Origin: Leucoraja ocellata
Taxonomy: Eukaryota
Assembly (NCBI GenBank): GCA_036785375.1
Contig: JAWMAR010000049.1
Span: 7,192,001-7,256,000, forward strand
Length of the DNA: 64,000 nt
Direction of reading: 5' to 3'
In this document: piece by piece, positions 26,375 through 38,228 of the stretch
How the letters are laid out: each line of letters opens with the position of its first letter
Position numbering within the stretch: the stretch's first letter is position 1
Position numbers and translations under genes: made by a program
The notes under the pieces: generated by a model
The model's input: only the letters and a program-made list of their open reading frames with translations
The model's database searches: none
Told to the model about the DNA's origin: nothing

Positions 26375-28457
26375 GGTTCTTTTCGCGCTGCAGAATGTGA
26401 CCATTTCCATTGACACAACCTTATCACTAACTTGCAATAGTCAACAGCTTAGTAGAATATACGTTTTCATCAAAATTTCCTTTTATACTAAAATTGCTTC
26501 AAATATTACTGGATCCTTCTTAGGCAGTCCCATGAGAGGAAGGACGAGCTGCTTCCAAGCAAATGTAAAGATTCTTGGCTAACGGGTGACATCAATGCGA
26601 GAACCTGCAACTCCTCCAGAGCTGGTGCAGGAAAGAGTTGCCTGACCAGACAGGCATGTATGGAGTTTCATGAGGTGGTGTGGCCCTTCTGCAAGGCTTC
26701 TGTCTACACTTGTTGCATGAATGAAAGTTCCCATACTCAGCAGAGTAACTCAGCGGGTCAGACAGCATCCCTGGAGTAAAGGAATAGGTGACGTTTCAGG
26801 TCGAGACCCTTTTTCATACCGAGAGTCAGGGGAAAAAGAAACGAGAGATATAGACAGAGATATAGAGAAATATAGAACATGTGAATGAAAAAGATGTAAA
26901 AAGTAACGACGATCAAGGAAAGGTGGAGCCCACAATGGTCCATTGTTAGCTATGGGCTAGGTGCTAACGAGTTATACAGACAGTGAAACTCAACAGGACG
27001 ATAGTGAAACTAGTAATCATGTATAGTCTCTTTACTGACTAGATAGCAAGCAACAAAAAAGCATTTCACTGTACTCAGTACACATGACAATATATGAACA
27101 GACCTAAAATAAAAAAAATAATTTACTAAAATAGTTTCAGGGGTGAGTGATTACAGATAAACGGTTAAAATGGAGATTGCTCGTCTTGGAGCAAAAGGGA
27201 TCAAGAGGAGACTGATAGAAGTGTACAGGATCATAAATGATCTGGATAAGACTAAACAAAGGTAAACTATTTCTAGATCCATATTGCCCATGGACCCAAA
27301 GATGAACAAGATTTTTATCCGTTATGACACCGTTCGTTCAGCCTTAGCCACATCAAAATTATTGGACCAGTGAAGGTGACAGGTCATGACTGTTCCAGTC
27401 AAGACACCAAAGAACAGTCTTAACCTGTGAGCTGCACAAGTCAAATCTTTAAGGAGATAAAGCACAACCTTTACTTATACTAAGATTATGTTGTTTTAAT
27501 TAAAAGAATGCTCACCATAATATTGTTTCTTTGCACACTGTGCCATATATGTGTTTTCAAGATTGTAACAATAAAGACAGTAGTCTTTCCAAAGTTTATA
27601 AGAAAGATAGCAATCATTTCAATTTAAAACATTCACAGCATGGATAGTTCAAAGTTGCTATATTTAATTCAGGAATAAAATTAAATTCACTTGGTTGTCT
27701 TTCATGAGGCTAAAATATAAATGAACATAGTAATGGAGCTGTTTAATTATACCATACTGGTATTTATGCTTTATAATGTATCGTCCCGCCCTATTTCATC
27801 CAATCTAACCATCATCTTTTTTTTTTCTCTACTGTTCTTAACTTTCTTCCATTGCCATTTATCTCAACCACTCCCTAGGTATTCTTTAAAATACTTCCAG
27901 GTTTCAGAGTTTCTTTATGTGAAATCCAAATGAAGTAACCCCATGTCAAATAAAGACTAAAGAAACTGGAAGAAAGCAAGAGATACAAAATTCCAACCTT
28001 ATCTCCAGCAAATATATCTCTTTAAAAAAAAAAATAGGAGTTGAGGAACATGGGTGAAGGGTCAATGCCATAGTGCAGAAACTCCAAGCTATTTAAACAG
28101 CCTAGCTTGTTAGGTGGCAAAGATATGATTGAGTCAAGTTTTAAGACAAGTTAAAGACAAGTTTAAGTCCTGTGGCTCTTCAAGCAAAGATTGTGAGATA
28201 CTGGGTGTGAATTAGAGGAAATGCACCTAGACTTTGCACTTCAATGATATGTTAAAAAAAAAGAGCACAAATACAAAATGGGAAAATTACCCGGGGCTGC
28301 AGATGGACTAATCACACAGAATTAATCTCTTCAAAAGACATTCTGAATTAGAAGTTAAAAGTATATTTCTAGTTTGGAGGAAAAGCTCCTGTAACCGTTC
28401 TACCATTTCAGAGCAACATTCATCTACTCCTGCATTCTGAAATAAAACGCCAATTGT

Positions 28458-28485
28458 CTGAAGAAGGGTCTCTACCCGAAATGTC
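28458..28485 (+). ncRNA. Minimal hammerhead-like motif in a PLE-derived insert (about 28458-28552)
   Basis: CUGAAGA-A-GGGU(CUCU)ACCC-GAAA-UG-UC; insert flanked by the direct repeat GCCAATTGT. Confidence 0.45.
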
Positions 28486-28769
28486 ACCCATTCCTTCTCT
28501 CAAGAGATGCTGCCTGTCCTGCTGAGTTACTCCAGCACCGTGTCTATCTTTAGCCAATTGTATTTAACCCATTTCCAATCAATTTACTCCCAACCCTAAA
28601 ACAAAATGCAGCAAGATCTTCAAACTCATGTAAATTAATTGTATCTGTTGTAATTTGACAGATGAAAATCTACAATGTTCAACTCTACAATTTCATATAA
28701 CTCCACACAAAAGTAGGTACACCAGGCAAATCAATACTGCAGGCAATCAACAGTATCATCAGAATGTGT

Positions 28770-28910
28770 ATGGGGTGGAAGATTGCAACCGTCACGTGGT
28801 CTGCCCTGTTTTCAACGAATGCAATCAACCCGGCGTGCACAATGAAATAAGATCAAATAGAACAAGTTGTCCTACAACTTTAGGCTGTGCACGCCATAAG
28901 CAAGAAGAAG
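28770..28910 (+). mobile_element. Short retroposon 3' end with (AAG)n tail, possibly RTE-type
   Basis: CpG-containing 140-bp block ending GCCATAAGCAAGAAGAAG; family assignment tentative. Confidence 0.35.
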
Positions 28911-30501
28911 TGTGTAAGACATTTAGGTATCTCGCATTGTAACTGCCTTACTATCTTAATTCTATCATGTTTCACTATTTAAGGGAAGAAAATATTAAAT
29001 TTTAAAGAAACAGATTAAATGAACACAAGGCATTACTGCTTGTACATGTTGTATTACATTTCTCAATGCAACAAGTTGCACATGAACTAAATGCAATGGT
29101 TCTTATATTCATTATTTTTTTCATTATTTTTCTGGCCTTTTCTACTATTGATTGATATTTGTCACTTTACAAATTACTCTATAATCCTATACCAAAAGTC
29201 AATAAATGAAGCCAGCGAAATTCACAGTACACTTGTACTCTTCAAATTAGAATAACAAAATAGCATATTTCTTCTTTTGAAGCACATATTTGCACAGAAC
29301 GACGATTACATTGCAGAGTAATATTCCTGATATTAAAGCAAGCACAATTATCATGTGAACTGATGTGCTGGTGGGAACAATATTTGCATGTTGCCTTTTC
29401 TGGCACAACGTCATAAAAATACAGATCATATTGTCGCTGTCTATTGATTGGAGGCATGTAATTTGTGACACGTTCTACAATAGATACATTATCATACGTG
29501 ACATGTCAAAGTGAAATTATTTGTTTTGTACACCATACAAGGTGTGCAAAGAAGTGCCACATATCGGGCGCCAACATAGTTATAACGTATTCATTACAGT
29601 CGCCATTGGTCCCTCTTAAACCGTTCAATATCATTTCAAAATATTCTTCAATAAAATGTATTGAACATTGAGGGAGACAAATTGGGCTATTCTGACCAAC
29701 AGTATAGCATATAAAACAAAAACATGACAGAACCATCCAAGCCGACCAAGAAGAAAGCTATTTAAGACAACACCACTTTCCAATATTTGATCCATGATCC
29801 GGGGATTAACGTAATTTTCACAAACATTTTTGGATTTATTGGACAAAACACCAATCTCACTAATCTCATCCTATTTTCTATCAGCAACACTGATATTCCT
29901 GGATTTTAAATGGAATCGCTTTTTTCAAAATCAATGGAATTAAAAGAGTTTTTGAAGGTGTATGTGGGACTTTAAAACATTACTTTGCCATAGAAAGTTC
30001 TCTAATTTAACAAAATCTCCTCAAAGGAATGTGGGCAAATGCCAGGGTTGAATCAAACAAATTTCCCTGAATCTTCTCCCTGCCTCCAAGCATGTCCACT
30101 CAATAAGCAACCCATTTGTCTACATGGATTTATTATTGATTAAAGTCCCTTCTTCATGACAATAATTGTAACATAAAAGGGTCTGAAGGGTCCCAACCAG
30201 AAACGTCGCCCATTCCTTCTCTCCAGATATGTTGCCTGTCCCGCTTAGTTACTCCAGCATTTTGTGTCTATCTTCTGTAGAAAGAATATGCCACGTGGTC
30301 CAAACAAGCAAACTTTTATATTTATGTTTGAATGGGGCTTCCCTTCCTTGCTTCATCTCAGCAAAACATTATAAAAACCTTTTTTTTTTTTTTAAATAGA
30401 CCCCAAACTATCTTGTCCACACATTGGTCAAACAATGGGAACTTACTGATAAAACCTCAGCTTTAACTGATACCACCAATTATTCTTTCCATAATATCAA
30501 T

Positions 30502-30702
30502 GGGCAGTCACGGTGGCACTGCAGTAGAGTTGCTGCCTTACAGCAAAATGCAGCGCCAGAGACCCGGGTTCGATCCCAACTACGGGTGCTGTCTGTATGG
30601 AGTTTGTACGTTCTTCCCGTAAGTTTTCTACGAGATCTTCGGTTTCCCCCCCACACGCCAAAGACATACAGATTTGTAGGTTATTTGGCAGTAAAAATTG
30701 TC
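30502..30702 (+). mobile_element. V-SINE, 3'-truncated
   Basis: tRNA-like head with GGTTCGATCCC B box, V-domain. Confidence 0.8.
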
Positions 30703-30833
30703 CAAGTTGGCGATATACAGAGTACTGCCCTGCCGACTACAAAATTCAGAAGGTTCAGAAGGGACTTTTGAGTATATAAGTTGGGATGTAGAATATAAAA
30801 TATTCTGGAGACCCAAAATGTCGCCTACTTCTT

Positions 30834-31013
30834 TCATTGGCTATATTTAAGAGGGAGTTAGATGTGGCCCTTGTGGCTAAAGGGATCAGGGGGTATGGAG
30901 AGAAGGCAGGTACAGGATACCGAGTTGGATGATCAGCCATGATCATATTGAATGGCGGTGCAGGCTCGAAGGGCCGAATGGCCTACTCCTGCACCTATTT
31001 TCTATGTTTCTAT
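30834..31013 (+). mobile_element. Young CR1 3' UTR fragment
   Basis: Nearly identical to 2747-2926. Confidence 0.9.
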
Positions 31014-32429
31014 CAATAAATTCTTGAACAGCTCATTGCGACTGCCTTAAATTTCACCTGTCACCAGAGAATAAAAGTTCAGGTTGTTTCAGGAATGCCC
31101 GCAAGGCTTTTTATTTGTCATTGCTGTGCACATTTACTCCTAACTAATGTACATTTCCATCAGCAAAATTAAATTCCAAATTTTCTTTCAGAGCACCGTA
31201 ATGTTACAAGTACACAAGGCTCATCTGTAACTCATAATGTACAAAACGGTTTAACTAATCCTCATAAATGAACACATAATACACAACAAGATCCTTCTGC
31301 ATCAATCGAGTCCTTCCTTAAAAAATGTCCATACCATTTTCAGCATTTAGCTGCATTGTAATTGAAACAAAAGACTGCAGAAAATGACACCCATAATTCT
31401 ACTCCAACATAATGGTGTGCTTCAATTGTCTCTATTGGTTCCATTGAGATATTTACCAATCTGTAACCCATATATACCAATATAAAGATTAAGGCATAGA
31501 TCTTGGCTTCACGGATAAAGAAAAACAAAGTGCACAATAACTCAGAAGCTCAAATAAACTTCACAAAGTGCATTGTAACTCAATGGGTCAGGTTGCATCT
31601 CTGGAGAACATAGATAGGTAACTTTTCTAGTCGGGACCCTTCTTCAGACAGGGACCCTTCTCCTATTGATATCCTCCAGAGATGCTGCCTGACTCACTGA
31701 GTTACTCCTCCAGCATTTTGTATTTCTTTTGCAAACCAGAATCTGCAACACTAAAATTGTTTTAAACAGCAATGACAGATCTTCGATCTGGTAGTGGGAA
31801 CCAAAACCTTTTGACCAGACCGCACAAATTAGAACAGATGATACCCTGTGTAAGAAGAAACCGCAGTAACTGGTTTACACCGAAGATAGACACAAAATGC
31901 TGGAGTAGCTCAGCGGGACAGGCGGGACCTCTGGAGTACCCTGTTCTATGTTAGTTAAGTACAAAGCAGATGCTCTATAATCAATAAAACCTCAGTGACA
32001 ACACCACAGCTCTGATCAACTCTGACCATCTCCTGCAGGAGATGGATTTCTCTTTCAGCGTTGGGTCCCACCACCACCTGTCAAAGGCTTACCCTGAAGG
32101 GATGGCAACACTGAATGTTTACAAAACGTGTAGGAAGGAACTGCAGGTGCTGGTAAACATCAAAGACAGCCACACAAGGATGGAGTAACTCAAGGAGACA
32201 GGCACCATCTCTGGAGAACATGGATAGGTCCGTGTAGGACAGAACTGTAGATACTGATTTATACCGAAGGCAGACACAAAATGCTGGAGTAACTCAGCGG
32301 GGCAGGCGGCGGGGCTGGAGAGAAGGGATGGGTGACGTTTCTGGTCGGGACTCTTCTCCTGTCGATGGGGGTGGGATGAAGGGGGCCTGGGAAGGACTGG
32401 GGCTGGCCTGGCTATCCCCTTCTCCTCCC

Positions 32430-32770
32430 CTCCCCTCTCGCCAGACTCACCTCGACCCGAACACCTTGGTGCAGCTCATCCGCTCGCTCAGGTCGCACAT
32501 GGCCACGTAGCCGGGGTCGCTGCCCCGGGCGCTCTCCACATGGTAGGCGTAGACGGAGAGCAGCGCCCCGAGCAGGCAGACGCTGCCCCGCGCTACTTTC
32601 TCCCACCTCGGGGTCGCCACTTTCAGGATGGGCGCCGCCATCTTGCCTTCCTCCCCCCCGCCGCCGCCGCCTCCGAGACGCCGCGCACTCCCATTGGCCA
32701 GCGCCGGCGCCCTCCACGTCACCAACCCCGCCCCCCCTGCTGACGTCATTAGAGGTGCGCCCTCCCTGTG
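32430..32770 (-). promoter_or_regulatory. CpG-island promoter of VKORC1L1 with CRE, GC box, TGACGTGG element, CCAAT box and YY1 motif
   Basis: CpG-rich. TGACGTCA 32741-32748; GGGGCGGGG 32726-32734 (-); TGACGTGG 32714-32721 (-); CCAAT 32693-32697 (-); CAAGATGGCGGC spanning the start codon; no TATA box. Confidence 0.8.
32451..32641 (-). CDS. VKORC1L1: VKORC1L1 coding exon 1 (191 nt; [64 protein letters not shown])
   Basis: ATG at 32641 in strong Kozak context (AAGATGG). The N-terminus resembles vertebrate VKORC1L1 (MAAPVLLRVSVPRWERVAR), with loop cysteines C49/C57. Ends at phase-2 donor AG|GTGAGT (intron starts 32450). Confidence 0.97.
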
Positions 32771-32817
32771 GCAGCAGAGGCTTCAGGTTTTGGCCCTTGA
32801 GGCACATGGTACCTGCC

Positions 32818-32985
32818 TCAAGAGTCAAGTGTCAAGAGTCAAGTGTCAAGTGTCAAGAGTCAACTGTCAAATGTCAAGTGTCAAGTGTCATGTTTGAAGT
32901 CAAGTGTTTCCAAGGTCAGTTTAGTGTCAAGTTTGAAGTCCAGAGCCAAATCCAGAGTCAACTGTGTTTTATTGTCATATGTCGA
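32818..32985. repeat. 7-bp tandem repeat (TCAAGWG)n, the expanded tail of a minus-strand retroposon
   Basis: About 10 clean units then degenerate ones, ending in TTTATTGTCATATGTC (reversed AATAAA-containing tail). Confidence 0.85.
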
Positions 32986-33000
32986 ACATATAAGATTGTT

Positions 33001-33189
33001 AAGGTACACAAAAAAGCTGGAGAAACTCAGCGGGTGCAGCAGCATCTATGGAGCGAAGGAAATAGGCAACGTTTCGGGCCGAAACGTTGCCTATTTCCTT
33101 CGCTCCATAGATGCTGCTGCACCCGCCGAGTTTCTCCAGCTTTTTTGTGTACCTTCGATTTTCCAACATCTGCAGTTCCTTCTTGAACA
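33001..33189. mobile_element. Penelope-derived near-perfect palindrome inserted in a CR1 fragment (CR1 continues 33190-33450)
   Basis: 77-bp arms 33001-33077 and 33079-33155 with 1 mismatch; direct repeat ATAAGATTGTTAAGG at 32990 and 33190. Confidence 0.9.
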
Positions 33190-33439
33190 ATAAGATTGTT
33201 AAGGGTTTGGACACGCTGGAGGCAGAAAACATGTTCCCCATGTTGGGGGAGTCCAGAACCAGGGGCCACGGATTAAGAATAAGGGGTAAGCCGTTTAGAA
33301 TGGAGATGAGGAAGCACTTTTTCTCACATAGAGTTGTGAGTGTGTGGAATTCTCTGCCTCGGAGGGCGGTGGAGGCAGGTTCTCTGGATGCTTTCAAGAA
33401 AGAGCTGAATAGAGCTCTTAAAGATAGCAGAGGTGCGGG

Positions 33440-33626
33440 GAAGGGGGTGATGATGTGGTGTGGGGGAAGGGGGGGAGAATGGGGGAGGGGTAAAGGGGGT
33501 GTGGGGAGGAGGAGGGAGGGGAAAGTGGGGAGGAGGAGGGAGGGGAAAGTGGGGAGGAGGAGGGAGGGGGAAGTGGGGAGGAGGAGGGAGGGGGAAGTGG
33601 GGAGGAGGGGGAAGTGGGGAGTGAGG
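33440..33626 (+). repeat. G-rich purine minisatellite (24-bp unit GTGGGGAGGAGGAGGGAGGGGRAA)
   Basis: About 4-5 tandem units at 33501-33620. Confidence 0.9.
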
Positions 33627-34369
33627 GACTCCACTCAGCGGCCACCAGCCACGGCACCACACAGCACCTCCCGACTCCACTCTTGCGGACTCAATCAGCA
33701 CGGCTTGTTTACTCAGCCTCGCCTCCAGGGCTTTATTCTCCAGCGGGTGCCGGAAAGGTGTCACCTTCATGGTGAGGGGGAGTTAAAGTGTTTAGCAACC
33801 GGGAGATCAGGTAGGTTTAGGCGGACTGAGCGAAGAGCCTGACGTATGTCTTCCTGTTGTTCAAATGGTGCATGGCAGAGTGGAGAGACAGTCAGATCTC
33901 ATTAGTGTCAATCTATCATGACATTAGGCAAATTAAGGTGAGTCCAGATTGTTACTGAGGCGGGAGTTGATGTGTCTCATAACCAAATTTTAATCATTCT
34001 TAAGCAAAGTACAATTGGTGGATTTATGCCAGATCTTATAGCATATTGACACCATTATATTAGGTATAAAAGGATGCGTAAATGAATGCAAGGTGATGCT
34101 GGTCAGTACAGCTAATTAATAAGAACGTGACTGACACTGTGTTAGCGACCGAATCATGATCGGTAAGAAATTTAAATTTCCTGTCGTCTTTGGCAAGATG
34201 AAAAATGGACTTGGGGCAAAGGGCAATAAAGGACTTATGATTTATGAAAAAAGAGCCTTTGTTAATCCATTATATTGCAGCATAACATGTTGAAACTTGT
34301 GCGTGATGATTTGAATTATGGAATGGGTCAAGACCAACCATTTGCATTTGCCACACATATTGATAAGAT

Positions 34370-34790
34370 CATGAGTGATAGGAGCCAAGTTAGGCCATTC
34401 GGCCCATCTTCTACTTTGCATTCAATCATGGCTGATCTATCTCTCCCTCTTAACACCATTTTCCTGCCTTCTCCCCATAACGCTTGACACCAGTACTAAT
34501 CAAAAATCTATTGATGATCTCTGCATTAAAAATACCCATTGACGGGCCTCCACAGGCAAACAATTCCACAGATTCACCACCCACTGACTAAATAAACTTC
34601 TCATCATTTCCTTCCTAAAGGAACGTCCTTTAATTCCGGAGCTATGGCCTCGGAGTTCTAGATTCTCCCACAAGTGGAAACACCCTCTCCACATCCACGC
34701 TATCCAGGTCTTTCACTACTCTGTACGTTTCAATGAGATCCTCCCTCATCCTTCTAAACTCCAGCGAGTACAGGCCCAGTGCTGTCAACA
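34370..34790 (-). mobile_element. CR1 3' fragment
   Basis: GHSSGIKGRSFRKEMMRSLFSQWVVNLWN plus reversed 3' UTR. Confidence 0.85.
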
Positions 34791-34803
34791 GCTTTGACAA
34801 ATA

Positions 34804-34987
34804 CAGGAGCGCCCCGATTTACAATGCTTCGATTTACGATAGCTCGACTTTACAATGGTGCAAACGCTGGACAGCGGCAGCGAGCCGCACGTTACTTCCG
34901 GTCATGCGATCAAATTGTATTAAATGCGTTTTCGACTTACGATATTTTCAATTTACGATGGGTTTATCGTAGGTCGAGGAGCAGCTG
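34804..34987. mobile_element. pogo/Tigger-like MITE
   Basis: TA|CAGGAGCGCCCCGATTTAC ... GTAGGTCGAGGAGCAGCTG|TA imperfect TIRs with TA TSD; internal TTTACGAT repeats. Confidence 0.7.
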
Positions 34988-35644
34988 TAATGAGCAAAAT
35001 TGGCAGAGAAGCATTGCAAATGATTTAGGTGCAAATGTTACTTCAGCTTTTATTGGGTAGATTCTGGTCACAGATGACTAGTCTTCATTAGCAATGTTTG
35101 ACCCTGAGTTGGCAATACCACCAATAGCTAAGTTATCGATCTTAATACGATCACACAAATGAACATACAAGTTCAAATCAAAATTTTGGATTGATGTTAT
35201 TGTGTATTACAGAAACTGATTCAGTGTGGAACAAATGACACAAAATTTGACTCAACTGAGACCAGTCCGGACAAACGGCACAAGACTCAACTGAATGGAG
35301 CCAAGTCTGAATAACAGGGACACTCTTGCACCTAGGACTCCGCCCCCTCAGCAGCCTCCTCTGCGAATGGATCTTGATTTTCTGCCCCATTGACCAAAAT
35401 CTGTAAAGAGAGGTGACCAAACATCCTCCACAATAATTCACAACACAAGTGCCCTGTACAGTCAGCAGCCGTGGTCAGGATCAAACCCTGGTCTCTGGTG
35501 CTGTAAGGCAGCAACTCTACCGCTGCGACACTGTGCCGCCCATTTCTTCCTCCACGATTAAAATGGTCTACCGTGTCAACTGTTCAAGGGAAAAAAGATT
35601 TGGAGTCTGTTGGAATACGTGGGGCCTTTTGAAGTTGGTAGACT

Positions 35645-36022
35645 GTAGACGCTGCCTCAAAAAGGCTGGCAGTATCATCAAAGACCCACACCATCCTGGC
35701 CACACACTCATCTCCCTGCTACCTTCAGGTAGAAGGTACAGGAGCCTGAAGACTGCAACAACCAGGTTCAGGAATAGCTACTTCCCCACAGCCATCAGGC
35801 TATTAAACCTGGCTCGGACAAAACTCTGATTATTATTAACCCATTTTCTGTTATTTGCACTTGATCAGTTTATTTATCATGTGTTTATATATTTATATTA
35901 TGGTATATGGACACACTTATCTGTTTTGTAGTAAATGCCTACTATGTTCTGTGTGCTTAAGCAAAGCAATAATTTCATTGTCCTATACAGGGACACATGA
36001 CAATAAACTCACTTGAACTTGA
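35645..36022 (+). mobile_element. Rex1/Babar-like LINE 3' end
   Basis: RRCLKKAGSIIKDPHHPGHTLISLLPSGRRYRSLKTATTRFRNSYFPTAIRLLN; tail GACAATAAA(CTTGAA)n. Confidence 0.85.
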
Positions 36023-36500
36023 CCCAATGGTATGAACATTGAACTCTCCAACTTTAGGTAATATCTCCCACATAACATCCACCCCTCCCCCCCCCCCCCC
36101 CCCCCCCCCACCCCTCCTAAGGCCTGGATGACCTTGCACCTATCTCTCCCCTATACCTCCACCTACATTCCCTCCCCTGGCTACACAATTCGCACCTCGT
36201 CCATCCTCGAGCTTCACAATTCACAACTCTTTAATCCTTCTGTGCGTTCATCCCTGGCCTTTGTCCAACCATCAGCCCAGCCCCCTCCCTCCTCACCCGT
36301 GTTCACCTATAACCTGCCGTGCTTTGCCCTGCCTCTCCACATGTCGAGCTTTCTTTCCTCTCACCCCTGCAACCAATCTGAAGAACGGTCGCAGCCTGAA
36401 ACGTCACCTAACCATGATCTCCAGGGATGCCGCCTGACCCGCTGAGTTACTCCACCATTTTGTGTCATTCCTTGCTAAACCAGCATCTGCAGTTTCTAGT
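36022..36500 (+). mobile_element. Penelope-like element 3' end / pseudo-LTR
   Basis: Starts with PNGMNIELSNFR* (end of the GIY-YIG region), pyrimidine-rich spacer, CTGAAGAA...GAAACGTCACC, GAGTTACTCC. Confidence 0.7.
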
Positions 36501-37045
36501 TCCTAATGAACAATATTTATTGTCTTATGTCCCAGACAGAACAATTAAATTCTTTTAAACTGAGTTGATTCTTGCAATGGAAATAGGATAGGTGTCTACT
36601 TAATTTGTTTTTGTTTTGTTTTTGTTAATTTAGAGATTATCGTTTATAACCCTATTTTAAAAATGCACTTTAAAATTGGATTATTGATTGATGTAGTAAC
36701 CATCTTAATTGGCAATGACAAACTCAGTCAATGTACACTTATGATATCAATATTGTGGTCAGAGAGTGTGTAAGTTGGCCGAGGGTCATAGACTCTTACA
36801 GCGTGGCTGGCAACAGGCCCGTCGACCAAACTTGCCCACACCGACTAACACATCCCAGCTACACTGGTCCCACCTGCCTGCCTTTGGCCCATGTTTCTAT
36901 AAACCTGTCCTATCCATATTCCTGTCTATATGTTTCATAAGCGTAGTGATAGTCCCTGCCTCAACTACCTCCTCTGGCAGCTTGTTCCATACATCCACCA
37001 CCCCTTGTGTTAGAAAGTTACCCCCAAGGTTTCCACTTCACCTTA

Positions 37046-38228
37046 AGAGTCAATTATAAAGGATGAGGTTATGCAGTACTTAGAAGTTCACAATAAAATA
37101 GGCCAAAGCCAGCATGGTTTTGCGAAGGGAAGATCTTGCATGACGAATCTGCTGGAGTTTTTTGAGAAAGTTCATAGCAGGACAGACAGAGGGGAGGCTG
37201 TAGATGTTGGTTATCTAGATCTTCAGAAGGCCTTTGGTAAGGTGCCGCACGTCAGGCTGTTGGGGAAGATGAGAGCCCATGGTATTAAAGGGAAGATACT
37301 GGCATGGATAGCGGGTTGGCTGGATGGCAGAAGGCAAAGAGTTGCAATAAAAGGCACTTTTTCAGGTTGACTGCCAGTGACTAGTGGAGTTCAACAAGGG
37401 TCGGTGCTGGAGCTGCTTCTCTTCACATTGTATATCAATGATTTGGATAAGGGGATTGAAGGCTTTGTGGCCAAGTTTGCAGATGATGTTAAGATAGGTG
37501 GAGGGGCAGGCAGTGTAGAGGAAGCAAGTACTCTGCAGAAGGACATGGACATGTTAGGAGAGTGGGCAGAGAGGTGGCGATGAAATTCAGTTTAGCAAAG
37601 TGCGGAGTCATGCATTTTGGTAGTAAGGATCAGACGGTAGATTATTTTCTAAATGGAGAGGGAATCCAGAAATCAGAGATGCAAAGGGACATGGGAGTGC
37701 TGGTACAGGACTCCCAAAAAGTTAATTTGCAAGTCATATTGGTATTAAGGAAGGCAAATTCAATGCTAGCATTTATATCAAGAGGACAGGAATACAAAAA
37801 CAGAGATGTAATGCTGAGGCTCTATAAGGCTGCATTTGGAGTACTGTGAGCAAATGTGGGCCCCATATCTGAGGAAGCACGTGCTGGCTCTGGAGAGGGT
37901 CGAGAGGAGGATTAATAGAATGATTCAATGGGAGGGTTAGCAAATGATGAGCATTTGATAGCACTGGGCCTGCACTTGCTGGAGTTTAGAAGGTTGAGGG
38001 GGACCTGATTGAAACCTAGCGAATAATGAAAGGCATAGATAGAGTGGATGTGGAAAGGATGTTTCCAATGGTGGGAGAGTCCAGGACTAGGGGTCATAGC
38101 AGAATTAAAGGGCGCTCTTTTAGAAAAGAGGTGAGGAGGAACTTCTTTAGACAAGGTGGTGAATCTGTGGAATTCATTGCCAAAGAGGGCTGTGGAGGCC
38201 AAGTCAGTTGATATTTTTAAGGCAGAGA
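37046..38228 (+). mobile_element. CR1 ORF2 reverse-transcriptase fragment, disrupted
   Basis: SQHGFAKGRSCMTNLLEFF, YLDLQKAFGKVPH, SGVQQGSVL, AKFADDVKIGG; stops and frameshifts. Confidence 0.93.

Noticed and set aside
26529-26545. CATGAGAGGAAG (HERK) resembling the NUPR motif
   Set aside because: No surrounding NUPR sequence; the context looks like a reversed RTE 3' end.
25828-27305. Similar segments at about 25830-26018 and 27120-27303
   Set aside because: Both are decayed CR1 ORF2 3' pieces; a local duplication cannot be told from independent insertions by eye.
32642-32749. In-frame upstream ATG giving a 36-aa N-terminal extension of VKORC1L1
   Set aside because: The ATG overlaps the CRE and lies upstream of the GC and CCAAT boxes, so it is probably 5' of the TSS; homology begins at MAAP.
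32999-33842. Long overlapping ORFs (211, 243 and 148 aa)
   Set aside because: Made of PLE palindrome, CR1 fragment and a stop-free G-rich minisatellite.
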